From Oopsacas minuta (lineage: Eukaryota; Animalia; Porifera), in NCBI GenBank assembly GCA_024704765.1, contig JAKMXF010000004.1:124001-188000 (forward strand): a stretch of DNA of 64,000 nt. Direction: 5' to 3'. The position numbers and the translations under genes were made by a program. Of this stretch, positions 46,025-59,299 are shown one piece after another; within the stretch, counting starts at the first letter, position 1, and each line of letters begins with the position of its first letter. The notes beneath the pieces were generated by a model. The model was not told the origin of the DNA, did not search any database, and saw only the letters and a list, made by a program, of their open reading frames with translations.

Positions 46025-46862
46025 CAGGAGGGATGGATCTACAAAAATCTGGTGGGGGGGCATGCCGCCTACTCAACCGTCAAAATATTCAATTATTGGA
46101 TTTTGCTCTTTTACTTGATCATTATCAGTTTATTCCGTTATTTTAACAAATTGTAATTATACTTTAACAGCCAGTATTTCTAAATTTGTAGTGTTTTAAC
46201 CAAATATCAACTAATATTTTGTAGTGATGTATGTATTTTATACGATTTTTATGTCAGGCTTAATCTTCATGACCAATTTAACCAATCTTGACAAGCAGTC
46301 TAAGGTACTCCAAAACAATTGTGTTTTTAATACAAACATTGTGTATGTGTGTTCATAGTTTAATATATAATGAGAATTTCTGAATGTATTAGCTAAATAT
46401 TATTCGTAACTATTGGCTGAATCCTAAATACAAAATATACCCTACTAGTACTAATAACAACACTAAATTACGAAATTCATGCGGTGATCTGAAATTGCGA
46501 AAGTGTTAATAATTTTAACCACATCTAATGGAATATCCTTATGAATATACATCAGTGCTAGACCAGTTAGTCTGTCATCCGTCATAGTGGATCTAATACA
46601 GGATTTCAGGATTTTCATAGCGCTAAATGAACGCTCCGCTGAACAAGTTGTAATAGGCAGAGTGCAGCAATTTGCAAAATGATTTTTAATTTTGTAAACA
46701 TTGGTGATAAATACTGTAATAAATGCAGAATGTCTAGTGAATCAGGTGAAGGGATTAACAAGGTATGTACTTTATTCACTCTACGGAGTAGACGAAATAA
46801 AGAATTTACAAATCTGGTGGGGGGTATGCATATCCCCCATACCCCCCATAGATCCGCCACTG
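46025..46862. mobile_element. Non-autonomous hAT element (838 bp)
   Basis: Perfect 8-bp TSD ttcatgac; right terminus GATCCGCCACTG; degenerate left terminus; poly-G subterminal motifs. Confidence 0.8.
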
Positions 46863-46964
46863 TTCATGACATTTACTTTATCCTCGATTCTTAATATCTT
46901 CCCATTGAATCTGCTTTCTGTACTTCACTATAAATAACAATTTAATATTCTTGATTGTATTATA

Positions 46965-47866
46965 CAGTTAAGGGACAAAAGTATTCGACCACACAAATAT
47001 ATTGTCATAAATTGTATACTCTTTCCCGCTCCTATACACTGTATAGTCTATATTCGTAGCTGCAATCTAGTAATTTGCATAGAATAACATGTTTTTCAAG
47101 AATTTCAAAAAAATATTTTCGATTTACACTTTTTGAAGGTGTTAATTATTAATAATTATTAGATAATTATTGATAATCAAAATATGTGGTAATTCAAAAC
47201 CTATTAAGAATCTATAATTTCTGACTTGATATTTGAATTCTACTTAGGCGAGTTACCCCAGATTCAAATTTCCAATGGGATTGAACAATTTTTACCAAAG
47301 TTATAGAAGAATTTCAATTTGTGCCACTTGTTGCAAAAAGTGACACTGGTGGCTGGAAAAAGCGCCACTACAAGGAAATCAACTAGGGTTAGGAGGAATA
47401 AGTCATAGTAATATTTTCGGATTATATGACTATGCTAACCCTTGAATTACAAAATAACCCCTTGGTAACGGCCACTTGTGCCCCTTGGGCAAAAGGTGGC
47501 ACAAATGGCACAAATTGAAATTCATCTATAACTCTGGCAAAAATTGTTCAATCCCATTGAAATTTTAATCTGGGCTAACTCGCCTAAGTAGAATTCAAAT
47601 ATCAAGTCAGAAATTATAGATTCTTAATAGGTTTTGAATTTCCACATATTTTGATTATCAATAATTATCTAATAATTATTAATAATTAACACCTTCAAAA
47701 AGTGTAAATCGAAAATATTTTTTTGAAATTCTTGAAAAACATGTTATTCTATGTAAATTACTAGATTGCAGCTACGAATATAGACTATACAGTGTATAGG
47801 AACGGGAAAGAGTATACAATTTATGACAATATATTTGTGTGGTCGAATACTTTTGTCCCTTAACTG
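46965..47866. mobile_element. 902-bp foldback MITE (Tc1-type CAGT ends, ~360-bp TIRs)
   Basis: TA TSD. Arms 46965-47326 and about 47505-47866; only 3 mismatches counted in the outer ~290 bp. No coding capacity. Confidence 0.95.
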
Positions 47867-47904
47867 TATAAGGATTCTATGTTGTTATTGTGTTGTTGTA
47901 CATT

Positions 47905-49700
47905 AACTAATTGATAGGGTAATCCTTTTTGGCGTTGAAAATAGGTAAATTTTCTCTAGATATGGCTCTGCTAAGTATGTATCTATATCGTCCTTGATGA
48001 CCGCATCGCTTTATAGATACTTCAGTAACTTCTTTGACCCATCTTTCTACATTCTGGGAATGACAAGGATAGGATGGAATTACCAATGGTTCACCAATGC
48101 CTGAATGCAGCTCCACATCTGTGGAATTAACTGTTAAAATGGTGGTTCTGTAATAAATAATCCATCTAATTCTATAAGATTTGAATAAGCTGAAGCATCA
48201 AAATTTATTTTTGGAACTTTAAATTTCCTCGGCTTGGTCGGATTGTCCAAATTCAGTGCATCACAACTTGCCAACCTTCAGGATAGTTTCTACGGCTCTC
48301 TTTCTTAGATCTGGGGAATTATCTGAAAGCATGAATATAAGGAAATCTTCTGGGTGACTCCAATACCCATTGGTTTGAAGTACTCTCTGAGTAACAATTC
48401 TGTCAGGCTCTGATAATTCCTTAGATGGTTGAACAAGATAAATGAAATTTTGTACCATCACTTAGAGTTCAAAACTCTTTGAAGCGAAATTATCCTGGAA
48501 CATACTGATTAAGAATAAAATTTAAGATACACTTTAGTTCAGAAGTTGGAGATAATTTGGAAATATATAACCTAAGGTTCTTGTTTGCAAGCGTATTCCA
48601 TCTTCAATTATTAAGAATACTAGGTTCCTTGGTTAGTAAGTTCCCTGTGCAATGATGTAGTCCATTTTGAACAGCAAGTGCCATCTCATATAAATACATT
48701 TGATCGGTACTAAGTTTCTTTACAAGCTCAACTAGTATATATTTTACTTGTCCGGAAACTGGCTCAAAATGAACCAGATGAAATTTTGTAAGATTTTTTG
48801 ATTTCCTTACTAATAAGCCCAGTGTATGAATTTGGTCCACTAGTTACTCCATCAATTTCTTTGAATATGTGCATTAGTGGCAAGTCGTTTGTATGAAGGC
48901 CACACACAGCTTGTTGACATGGTTTCCCAACTTAATCTCAATGAGTCTATTGTTACCTTCATGAAGTCCAGTATTTACTGGAGTTCCATCGCACCCTAGT
49001 ACGATTAAATTGACACCAGTATCTGGGATGACATCAAATATATCACTGGCTATACTGTTGCTTTTCCTGATTTTGGTGATACGTGATCAATTTAACGGCT
49101 TCCTGGTTCTGCCACAATTACGTAATGGCTTTCCTTTTAGTGATCTACTTGAAATTTGCATTACATTCAACTTTTGTTAGGGATTTAACTTCTCTGCCAT
49201 CATAATAAAGTGCCAAAATAGATTCATTAGTATTCTTAAGGATATTATCCTTCTCTTCCACTTTTCCCCATCTCTCGCTTCCCTGCGAAGTTTGTTGTGG
49301 TCAATAAAGTCATTCAGATTTCCTTTTTAAGCATGCCATAATCCTGCAAAACAGTATTTGCAATGGAGGCTCCTGCACGGTCGCTTATGCCATTTCTAGC
49401 GCACATCCGAGAGAAGTTCGGGAGTATATGACGATTTTGAACAGAGAAAGACTGTGGGATGCTTTTTGATTAATATGTTTCGTCACTTTCATCAGATTGG
49501 TTAGGATCGTCTTCTACAATCTTATGGAAGCTTTCGAGGTCTAGGTAGAGCGAACTGTTATCTCCAGTGTCCTTGCCCAGTACAGCTTTAATTTCAATTT
49601 CTTCTTTCCTTTTATCCTCTTTGTATAGACTTCTGATCCCTTGGTCAATTCCGGAAATAAACATACTTCTGATTGTTCTCTGGGGCCTCATTCACTAAAG
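47905..49700 (-). pseudogene. hATm-like transposase remnant
   Basis: LGCDGTPVNTG...VCGLHTNDLPLMH...LSTDQMYL...YPCHSQNVERWVKEVTE. The adjacent 49690-49930 carries duplicated ttcttagaa-rich subterminal-like repeats. Confidence 0.75.
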
Positions 49701-50284
49701 TTCTAAACTGAAATTCTTAGAATTTTCCTTAGATTTTGCTGTAATTCTTAGAATTTGACTAAATTCTAAGAATAATTTTCGAAATCATCAACATTCATGA
49801 AAAAGTCTTAGAATTATTTTGAGTGGTATTCACAAAAGTTCTAAACTGAAATTCTTAGAACTTTTCTTAGAACTTTTATATTCTTAGAAATACCCAAATT
49901 CTAAGGAATAATCTTAGAATTTATCCGAATTCCGAGCGAAATTTTAAATGAGGTAGGGGGTTGACTTAATTTGATTCTAAAAGTTCTTGAAATCAAATAT
50001 TATTATTATCCATTTGACGACAGAGGAAATTGAACCTATTGTTATATCAACATAGTAAAACTAGATTTATAGTAATAGTATCCATTTTGAATTAACACTC
50101 ACAAAGTTGTATGACATCTCCGGTTAGTATTGTGTTGATCTATAAATATTCACCACCGCTGCTGAGCAGAGTTAATTCTTATGGATACTGTTTTGGTATA
50201 ACACTGCTATTGACTAGTAGCATAAATAGTAATATGAAAAACCTATGTTAAAATTCATCTGACCTCTCTGGAGCAGCTTATAAC

Positions 50285-50828
50285 ATGACAAGTGACCAAA
50301 CGAAAAATCGCGCGAAAAATCTCTGATGATGAAGTTATGAGCATTGTAGACATAATAGAAGAAAATATATTTAATATTTTCGGAGCCCTAAGTTCTACCC
50401 ACAAGTTGTTGAGAAAAGCAAAATCTGGGAAGATATAGCTGGTAAAATTTCAGACAGGTATGGGGACAAGGACAAGAGATGAGATTTGCAAGAAGTGGTA
50501 TAATACATTAACAAAATATATGCCTCGAATAGTAGATACAATCGCTTCTGCCAAAAGGACAGGAGAAGTCCTAACTGAAGGATGCTTAGATGAACTAGAG
50601 GTAAAGATTTTCTCCATAAAGGGAAAGGATGCATTCGAAGGGATTGGATCAGACATTGATCTCTCACTAGAACGACCCTTCTCCGTGATAATAGAAGATG
50701 AGTCGATAATTATAAGCCCAACACACTCTGAGGAATTCAAGATCTTTAAAGAAACATCAGCTCAAATAAAAAGCAATCTTTCAGCACAGAGACAGGTGGA
50801 TATGAATCCATTGAACAGACACTACTAA
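50285..50828 (+). pseudogene. Myb/SANT-like DNA-binding protein (Harbinger ORF2/MSANTD-type), frameshifted
   Basis: SDDEVMSIVDII...KIW.DIAGKIS...TRTRDEICKKWYN; at least 3 frameshifts. Confidence 0.7.
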
Positions 50829-51200
50829 ACAGCGAGGAAGAGAAACTGAAGTTGCTAAAACTAATTGATTCCAAACTAAATTGGGTTGTGAGCAATTTTG
50901 AACGAGTCGTTGAGGATCAGTCCAAAATACTATCGTGAATGGTTCACAGCCACACACCACAATAACCCTTGTTGCCTCCACCCCTTTCCATCTACTAATT
51001 TTCATTCAACTCAGCCATTGTATCATTCTCAGGACGAATATCACAAATGGAAAACTTTCATGAATTCATCACATGTTAGCCCATAAACTTCATTACCACT
51101 ACCAAGTTCACTGATCAATTATTAATTACTATCCTGAGTGATGTCATCTTGAAATACTATTAAATCCTAATTACACAAATTTAACTGATACACCACAGTA

Positions 51201-51362
51201 CAATTTACACCATTGGATACAACTAGCCCCTTTTGTACACAATTAACCCCTTTTGTGTGCAAGTAACCTCTTTCGTGTATAATCAACCCTTTAGTTACAA
51301 ATTCACTTGTTCGTGTACACCTAACCCTTTTCCTGCACAATTCACCCTCTTCGTGTACAATT
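51201..51362. repeat. ~20-bp degenerate minisatellite (about 8 units)
   Basis: Units resembling caattaacccttttcgtgta. Confidence 0.75.
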
Positions 51363-51649
51363 ATCGTCTGTAATTTTTTTTCTTTTTATCTTTCGTATTC
51401 ATAAAATTTTTACTTTCTACTTATTCCTTGTATTTGATTCTAACATTCATTTTCAATTAAATTCATTCTTTTAATTCGAATTTACTTGCGTATATTTAAA
51501 CTGTTTGCTCGAGGGTTACAGTAGTAATATGTTTTGGAGGGTTATAAGGTGACAAACGGATTACTTGGGTGGGTGAGCGTAGTTTCGAAAACAAATTATG
51601 ATCTCCAGGGATTGATGTAGCGAAATTTGGCATGTAAGTTAGATAGATA

Positions 51650-52035
51650 CAGTAGGCAGACAAAAGTATTTGGACAAGTGATAATTAGTTGTGATTCTAC
51701 AAGTACAATACTTCTAAGAGTATAGTATAAAGAAATGGATATGATTGGCTAATCTCAGTTTTGTAATGTTTAATTTCAATATTTTGTAGAGTATCTTTTC
51801 ATTTTTCGGATCTCCTTGCAGTGAGTGGTATAGGCTGCGTATTTCCTTCAAAGAGATGTTGTCTCACTCGCGATGATCGATCCCTTTAGTTCGGATAACG
51901 ATGTTATGTTATCTTTGTTCATCCCGACCTTTGGCATCAATATTTTCCAAATGTGTTCTATAACGTTTTGATCGGGGGATTGTGGAGGCCAATCCAGAGT
52001 TTTGATCTTTTCCGATGAAACTAATTCATAGCGTT
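51650..52035 (-). mobile_element. Tc1 3' fragment
   Basis: TA|CAGTAGGCAGACAAAAGTATTTGGACA terminus; LDWPPQSPDQNVIEHIW. Confidence 0.85.
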
Positions 52036-52039
52036 AATG

Positions 52040-53284
52040 TTAATTAACCATAAGTAGTATAGCTAGCGAATGAATAGTAGATAAAATTTCAACACTCTAA
52101 GTAGTTTACTTTTTCTGTTACACTCAATTTAATTAAGTCATTTTCAAATTTTGAATTTTCAATGGAGAATCTGAATAATAGGGATTTTCGAGCCATAATG
52201 TTTTACAACTGTAAACGTGGAATAAACGCTATGGAGTGCATCACTGAAATGTTTTCTGTTTTTGGAGAACAGTCTCCAAACAAAACAAGCATTTACAAGT
52301 GGTACAGCCGATTTCATTTGGGTTACATGTGCTTGGATGATGATGTTCGAACCGGACGCCCGATTACGGCGGCCACTGATGAAACTATCACCAAGGTGGA
52401 GGAACTGGTAAGAGAGGACAGACAAATTACTATCCGTCAGTTAGTTGACGATGCATCAGTATCATCGGGAACAATAGAAACAATCCTACACCAACACCTT
52501 GGTCTAAGAAAGGTTTGTTCCAAGTTAGTCCCACATTTGCTAACTTTGGAGCAGAAAAATCGTCGGATCCAATTTTGTCGCTCTATGTTACTAAAGTACT
52601 CGAAAGCAGATTCTCGGCGGCATTCAGAAGTAATAACAGGTGATAAAACTTGGGTCTACTCCTATGACATGTAAACGAAGTAACAGAACTCTAAATGGAT
52701 CTTTGAAGATGAGGTACCAGACACAATTCCCAAACGATTCATGGCGGTCGGCAAGCAAATGTTCGCAATATTCTTCACCACGAGAGGACTTCTTGAATGT
52801 GATGCTTCCAGCGAAGCATACAGTTACTGCAGCTTGGTATACCGAATGTTGCCTTCATAAAGTGTTCCAAGCATTGGAAACGTTGAGACCAAAGTCTGGG
52901 ATCCGTGGGATGAAATTTCATCATGATAATCTCCAGCACACACAGCCAGAAGGACCAAAGAGTTTCTAAGGCAATCAGGCTTAGAAATGATTAAACATCC
53001 ACCTTACAGCCCAGATCTTACCCCTTGTGACTTTTGGGTGTTCCCAAATCTAAAAAGACAACTAAAAGGCAGACGTTTAAATCAGAATCAGAGCTAATCG
53101 CTGCGTTTTTAGAGGCAGTTGATTGTATACCAATAAGTAGCTATTCTAAGCTATTTGATATGTGGTTACATCGCTGTCAAAGGTGTATTGATGTTAATGG
53201 GGAGTATTTTGAACATTTATTATAGTAACTTGTTAGTTCACTGTAGTGGAAACGCATTTTTCCGCGAACTTATTGAACACTCGG
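52040..53284 (+). mobile_element. mariner (DD34D), left TIR missing
   Basis: ORF 52162-53225 with frameshifts: RTGRP, LVPHLL, VITGDKTW, FHHDN, HPPYSPDLTPCD; right TIR gaacttattgaacactcgg|TA. Confidence 0.92.
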
Positions 53285-53299
53285 TATGGTAATAGATTT

Positions 53300-53870
53300 A
53301 ATGGAAATATTCGTATTCCAAATGGATAACGGATTGTATTTGGTTTGTATGAATTGTATCCATCCAGCACTTCTGTACATTGGAGATACGGCATCATCTA
53401 GCAAATCTGTGGTTATTACTCTCCAAATTTGACTTGACCAGAATTATATGGAATTTCAGATCCATGAAATCCATGGTAGATTTTGTGGATGGCTTGCACA
53501 ATCCTAATCCATATCATATCCATTGACTTTGAAATTGGCAATCCAAATCCAACCAAAATCCATGGATTTGTGGATTTTATGGATTTCAAATTCATTACAT
53601 CCATAATCCTTCGCCCTTCTGTATGTAGCTAAGATATGTTTCATGCTATGGGAGAGCCCAATCTTTCGATTTCGTATTGACAAACCCAAAGTTTGCGCCA
53701 CAATTTCGTACAACACCTCCAAAACTAGGGATTTCTGAGGTGTTCGATAAGCCAAATTTTGTGAAATCCGGTGTGAAAACAAAATCGGACTGCAGAAGAG
53801 CATTAAAGTCATTTTAGCTACATATAACCGTTTGGGACAAATCGATAGCTCTACATATGTTGATGCCACA
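53300..53870 (-). mobile_element. Possible hAT 3' remnant with GGATT/AATCC subterminal repeats
   Basis: Dense aatcc/ggatt motifs including the palindrome aaatccatggattt; weak NFGFVNTK motif resembling a hAT C-terminus. Confidence 0.3.
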
Positions 53871-54699
53871 GTACGCGACCTTAGGGCCTTATTGAAAATT
53901 TTGAGCGGCCTTGTAGACCATGAACAGACGAAAATGGAATCTGACCTGGAACAGTCAAATCTTTTCCCGATTCATTTGAAATTTTCACACAAGGTGTAGA
54001 TAGAGTAAATCTGTAAAACCGAGTCTAATTCGAATATCTGATTCAGTGCCCTGGAACCTTAAATACCAGAAGAGTAATTTGAAGACTAGGATCTTTGTTA
54101 TCTATATTATTTGTCCCGTTTTCTAATAGCCCATTTATTACACAATTCTTTTAATGCCCTACTTGAACACAGGTGGAACAAATGATTATTTTTTGAAATT
54201 TTTATATACAATTGGACAATCACAGATGTAGAGCATCATTGTAACATGACTTAACCCACTTAGGAAATCTTATTTCCTACTCAAATGTATTGGGAACTCT
54301 TGGATAATCTTTATCTTCGTTCTAAACCTTCTTCAGAATGACTGCACAATCCTACCCTGTAATTTACCTGGGTATAAGGCGTCAATTCCTCCCTGGCAAA
54401 TCTTGTGCCCAGACGGGCCGGGGCATGCCCAATAACTCAATTACAAACTGTAAAATTTCACCTAAACATTAGGTATATATCTTTTACGTATTGATCTACG
54501 GACCTAAGTATTATTTTTTATAGTATTACCATGATTAAGTGTATCCATCTAATTGATGAACGCATCGAATACATATTTTCGTTAAGCTGGCACGCCATCT
54601 GCAGAAGATATTATTTCACTAGACAGACCACATAGTTTCCACTGCACTATAAAACAATGCTAATTGTGATAATAAACTGACATCAATCATGTCGAACTT

Positions 54700-55480
54700 A
54701 TTCTTCTTATTGACTGTCCGATGAATCCACTGATCTATAGTATTATCGGGGTCTCATTGTCCGTCCCTCATCACAATTTGACATCAGAACTCCAAAATGT
54801 TATTTCGAGACCGAGTGTTCTTTAAATATTTATGGAACTCTTCCTTACATTGAAAATGATCTTTCACACTCGCACGCACTAACTAGTAGACAAAAGTACT
54901 CGACTCAGAGCATGTAGAGATTCAGCATCATTGAGCTTATCATCCTCAAAGAAGCACCTCATTATGGCAATCGAGATCGCTTGATAATGACGCCGACATC
55001 TTGCAGACCATGTAATCGTTCTCCTCACAAGTCTCCCTTATACTATCTTATATCACCTAAATATAATTGAATAGTTGCTGCAAGCTGTAATTTGACAATT
55101 CTGGGGCTTCGAGTACAAGCCTCACAATCTCACGTGGATAGGTCCTGGCGAAGGTACCTTCTTGTAAGCTCTTCCTATGCATTTGTATCACGTCCATATA
55201 AATGTTGATGTAATATGTTTTATATGATCTTCGGAGACCTCTTGCTTGTTATTGCAACTTTGGCCCCGCGGGCAACAGGGAATTGTGGTTGATTGATCAG
55301 TAGCGTTTTAGTAGTGAAAGTTATCGAAATATGTGAGAAAGATATCATACTGTGCTAAACACTTTTCAACTGCAGGCTTTCTCATCACTCAGCAAGTATA
55401 GCATAATGGCCGCAGTTTGTACACATCTTCATTACTAGTAGCAGTCAGTAGGTTTATATTCATCCACTACATAGATGAGT
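54700..55480 (-). pseudogene. hAT (ZMYM1/THAP12-like) C-terminal remnant
   Basis: VLLSTS*CECERSFS dimerisation motif; heavily decayed. Confidence 0.55.
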
Positions 55481-55575
55481 TGGGTAGACTGATGAAGACT
55501 TTTAAGTGAAACTTTTAATAAGTTCACAATTCCATCATTCTCTCAGGTGCTTGGCCACTTGATTGATCCCTAATA

Positions 55576-58500
55576 CCTGAAAACTTGAGTTTAAATCCTT
55601 TGGAGAGACACCAATAAAATGTGCCAAATATTGATTCCATATATATTGGTGCATAAGAAATATTTCAACTGTGGTTTAAATCTTTTTCTTGGATGATGCC
55701 CCTCCCATTGTCCGGAAGTAGAATACTGTAGTTTTCGTTATTTATCTATTTATATGCTAAAACTCTGTTATCAGTCTATTTGTAGTGCAATAAACCGATA
55801 CTTACTCTAATATATAATATTAAACTATAAATCTGTTTGATTGGGATATTGTGCAAGTATATAGTGATTCCCCTGATTTTTGTGGACAAAAGTATAAGTA
55901 TTTTATTTCACACAGTGAAGAAATTGTTGATTTCTAAAGAGGAGGCCGAAATAATTCTGTCCGACATCCACAGAATATCTACCATCAGTGGTGTTCTGCC
56001 AAATAAAGAAGTGGGGGGGCTCTCTTTTCAAATTTAGCATTTTCTTAGAAAACATAGGTGAAAACGGCCCCCAATAATGAAGTGGGGGCGCCATACCTCC
56101 CACCCGCGCGCTCCCTCCAAAATACCACTGGTTATTATTATATATAATGGTGTGTTTATATTTGCATCAGATAAAAAATAACTGCGTGAAACATGTATAA
56201 TATGTAAGGTTTCAATAATTCACGATACATTATAAATGCTTAAATGCTATGTATATTATTCAAATATACTTCCAAACTGGTTTTCTTCGAATATCTGACT
56301 ATTGCTACCCCTTATTTGAGTATCTGATGCACTCCGGTGATTTCTTAGCCAACATCTAGCATAATCACTAGGATCCCATAGAAAGTGGAGGGCCATTAAG
56401 TTCAATGAATAGAAGAGCAGATATGTGTGGTGCATGCAGCCGAGAATGCCGATCCTCCAATATGATATCCATATGACTGAACCCACGTTCAAATTCTGCA
56501 GTACTACATGGGACCAGTTGGATACAATTAAACAATAGTTTTATTGTGGGTGGCAAGAATGTACCGGAATTTTCATAATAGTCACAAAAGTATCAACATA
56601 TAATGATTCGTTAAGGCCGAATCGTTGACAAAGACTTTTAATTTCAGATTCACCATATCCAGGTTGATGTTCAATAGGCCAGCTATCCTCGTTCAAAATA
56701 CTGAACTCACTCATAAGAGTATTGCAAATATTTTGATCAGTTGGCGACCTGGAAAATGTAGTAACAAATAATCTGTCCTTCATCCTGTTGACAAGACATT
56801 CCAGAAATCTCTGCTTATTAATGGTTACAATATTCTGATTATGAAGGGTAATACTGTGAAATGACAGAGAATGAACTGCAGTTTGAACTTCAAGAGATTT
56901 AGAACCCAATTTGAATTGCAGTGCCTCTAAACGTCTAATAGTTTTACGTATCAATTTATCCGCACTGATAATGGTCATCTCTCGATTTTGGAGCATCTGT
57001 GAGAGGTTTGATAATTCATATAGGGTGTCAAACATTAAAGCAAGATCTGTTAAAAACTCAGGAGAACGCATACGTCTTAAAAGTCCTGCGAACGATGCTC
57101 TATCCTTCGAATTCCTTTCCGGATCATTAGATGCTTTTCGAAATGAGCACACAATGGATGAAAATTATTCGAAACAGCCGAAACAGTACGAAAAGAACTT
57201 GCAACCCATCTAGTGTACAAAATTCGCCCAATCTTTTTAACTTCCATTTCCAAAGTCTGACAGCATTCTCTTAGTTCCCTTTGATTTTTTGGTGAACGAC
57301 TGTAAAGTGAATACAATTTGTCGAAGAAATGTTGAAAATGATTAATAGCTGTCACTTCATTAATTGTATCATGGATAGAAAGTTCTAATCGATGGTTTAA
57401 ACAATGCCACACAATGATTTTAGGCTACTTTGCAATTAACCTCGTAGATACGCTAGAATTTTTACCAAGCATGACACTCGCACCATCACTGGCAAAACTT
57501 ACAAAATTTCTTCTTAAGAAATCATCATCAAATCAATGAATATTTAGGCAGTTCAATAAAGTTGTAGTTATTATTAACGATGATTGTCCTGACAGTTCCA
57601 ACAGCTCCAAAAGCAAAAAATGTGGATAATCTAGCTTGGATGTTTCGCATTTTATGTAGACAATCAATGTTGTTTTATTCGATATAGTGGTGGATTCGTC
57701 AACCAAAATCGAAATTTTACCATTTACCTCGAGAATTCTGTTGCAAATCTTTCTGCACATTTCACTAGCAATCATGTCAATCATAACAGTGGCAGTGGAC
57801 CGTGAGTACAAACATATACCGAGATTTGCCCCATTCAATGTCTGTAGTTCAATTAGATCTGGGTGATCTGAATAAGGTTTGTTATTTTCGCAATATAATA
57901 CGCTGTACGAATCACCTTTTGTGTAAGTTCACTACGAGATGCATTCATTACATCAACTCTCTTTTCTAATCTTTCCATGTTGCTTCTTCCAAAATTTGGT
58001 TAGCCGAACTATGGGCATTTGATAACAAATGTTTGATATCTTTTTTCTTATACTTTTTAACTTTGCAGGTTTTGAATTTCCTGAGTAATTCACTGTGCAT
58101 TTGGACCAATTTTCAGGGATTGAACTTCCTTGAGTTTTTTTAATGCCCAATAATGACACCTTCTTACATAGGGAACAGCCTAATTTACCTTTGTGACATA
58201 TCAACCAAGGGTAGGTAGTAGTTTTTTCAAACCATTGATCAGTTGAATAAATAATTGGAAAATCGATTTGTTTAGTACTTTCTTTGGGAATTGAGATGTC
58301 AAGAGTTGATTGGTTTACACTGTGAGAAATATTCGTAACTAATTCTGTTATACATGATTCTGCACTACAATTTGAGCAGGATTCTTCCCCTATTGAAGAT
58401 AAAACGAAATCCGCGTCCGAAGCTGTTGATCTAAAAAAGTGGAGTTTGCGTGAAATCTAAATTAGATTCTTCGTATAAAACTGATCCTTGATTTGAGCTG

Positions 58501-59291
58501 ACAGAGATCAGGCCCAAATCTTCTGTATCTTGATGAGTTTTAGTTTTCCTGGGAAAATAATCATGAATAAAACTGTGCTTATTTTTCATTATATTTAGAA
58601 ATCTTAGGAAGAATAAAATATGTAATGGGAAAGAAAATAGATGAGATATTTATGCGAGTGAAACGTAGTGCAAAAGTGCTAATATAGACAATAATATCAT
58701 AGTAAGTCAGTAAATATAGATAAATTATGTCCATTAACTGATAAACTTGCGAGTTGGGTGCTAGAATGAGGATCAAGTTCTTCCAGATTATGTGCCAAGA
58801 GCGCCCCCGAGCCCCCCCATAACATCACTGTCTACCATATTTCGATAAACAACGTTCACAAAGTTCTGAAACTTGTGTATAAGCCTAAAACCATCAGGAA
58901 ATGGGATAGAAAATGACTTAAGCGACCTCAATAACTGTGAGATTCATATTTTACTTGTGTTTTCTGTTAAAATGAACTCTTGTAATTCGTCCACAAAATC
59001 AGGAGAATCACTATATAGCTGCGCAATATTACAATCAAACAGAGAATGGCCAAATATAAGAGTAAGTATCGGTTAATTGCTCTCCAAAAATAGACCGATG
59101 ACAGAGTCTTAGCATATAAATAAATAACTAAAGAAAAATATAGTATTCTACCTCCAGACAGTGGGAGGGGCATAATTCAAGAAAAAGATATAAACCAACG
59201 ATGAAATTTTTTTCAAATGTACCAATATACATGAAATCCAAAAATTAGCACATTTTGTTGGTGTCTCTAATGATTATACTCAATTTTCAGG
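55576..59291. mobile_element. Unclassified TA-flanked element with ~310-bp TIRs (~870 bp without the nested hAT)
   Basis: Arms about 55576-55890 and 58985-59291 are inverted, about 80% similar by eye, and begin CCTGAAAA; TA on both flanks. Confidence 0.8.
55986..58830 (-). mobile_element. hAT transposon, KIAA1586/ZNF862-like, degenerate
   Basis: Perfect 8-bp TSD tctaccat; 10-bp TIR CAGTG(G/A)TGTT. ORF remnants about 58560-56260: LGCSLCKKV, ILVDESTT, ASDGASVMLG, WHCLNHRLELS, TRWVASSFRTV, CSTAEFERGFSHM. Confidence 0.93.
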
Positions 59292-59299
59292 TAGTTGGA

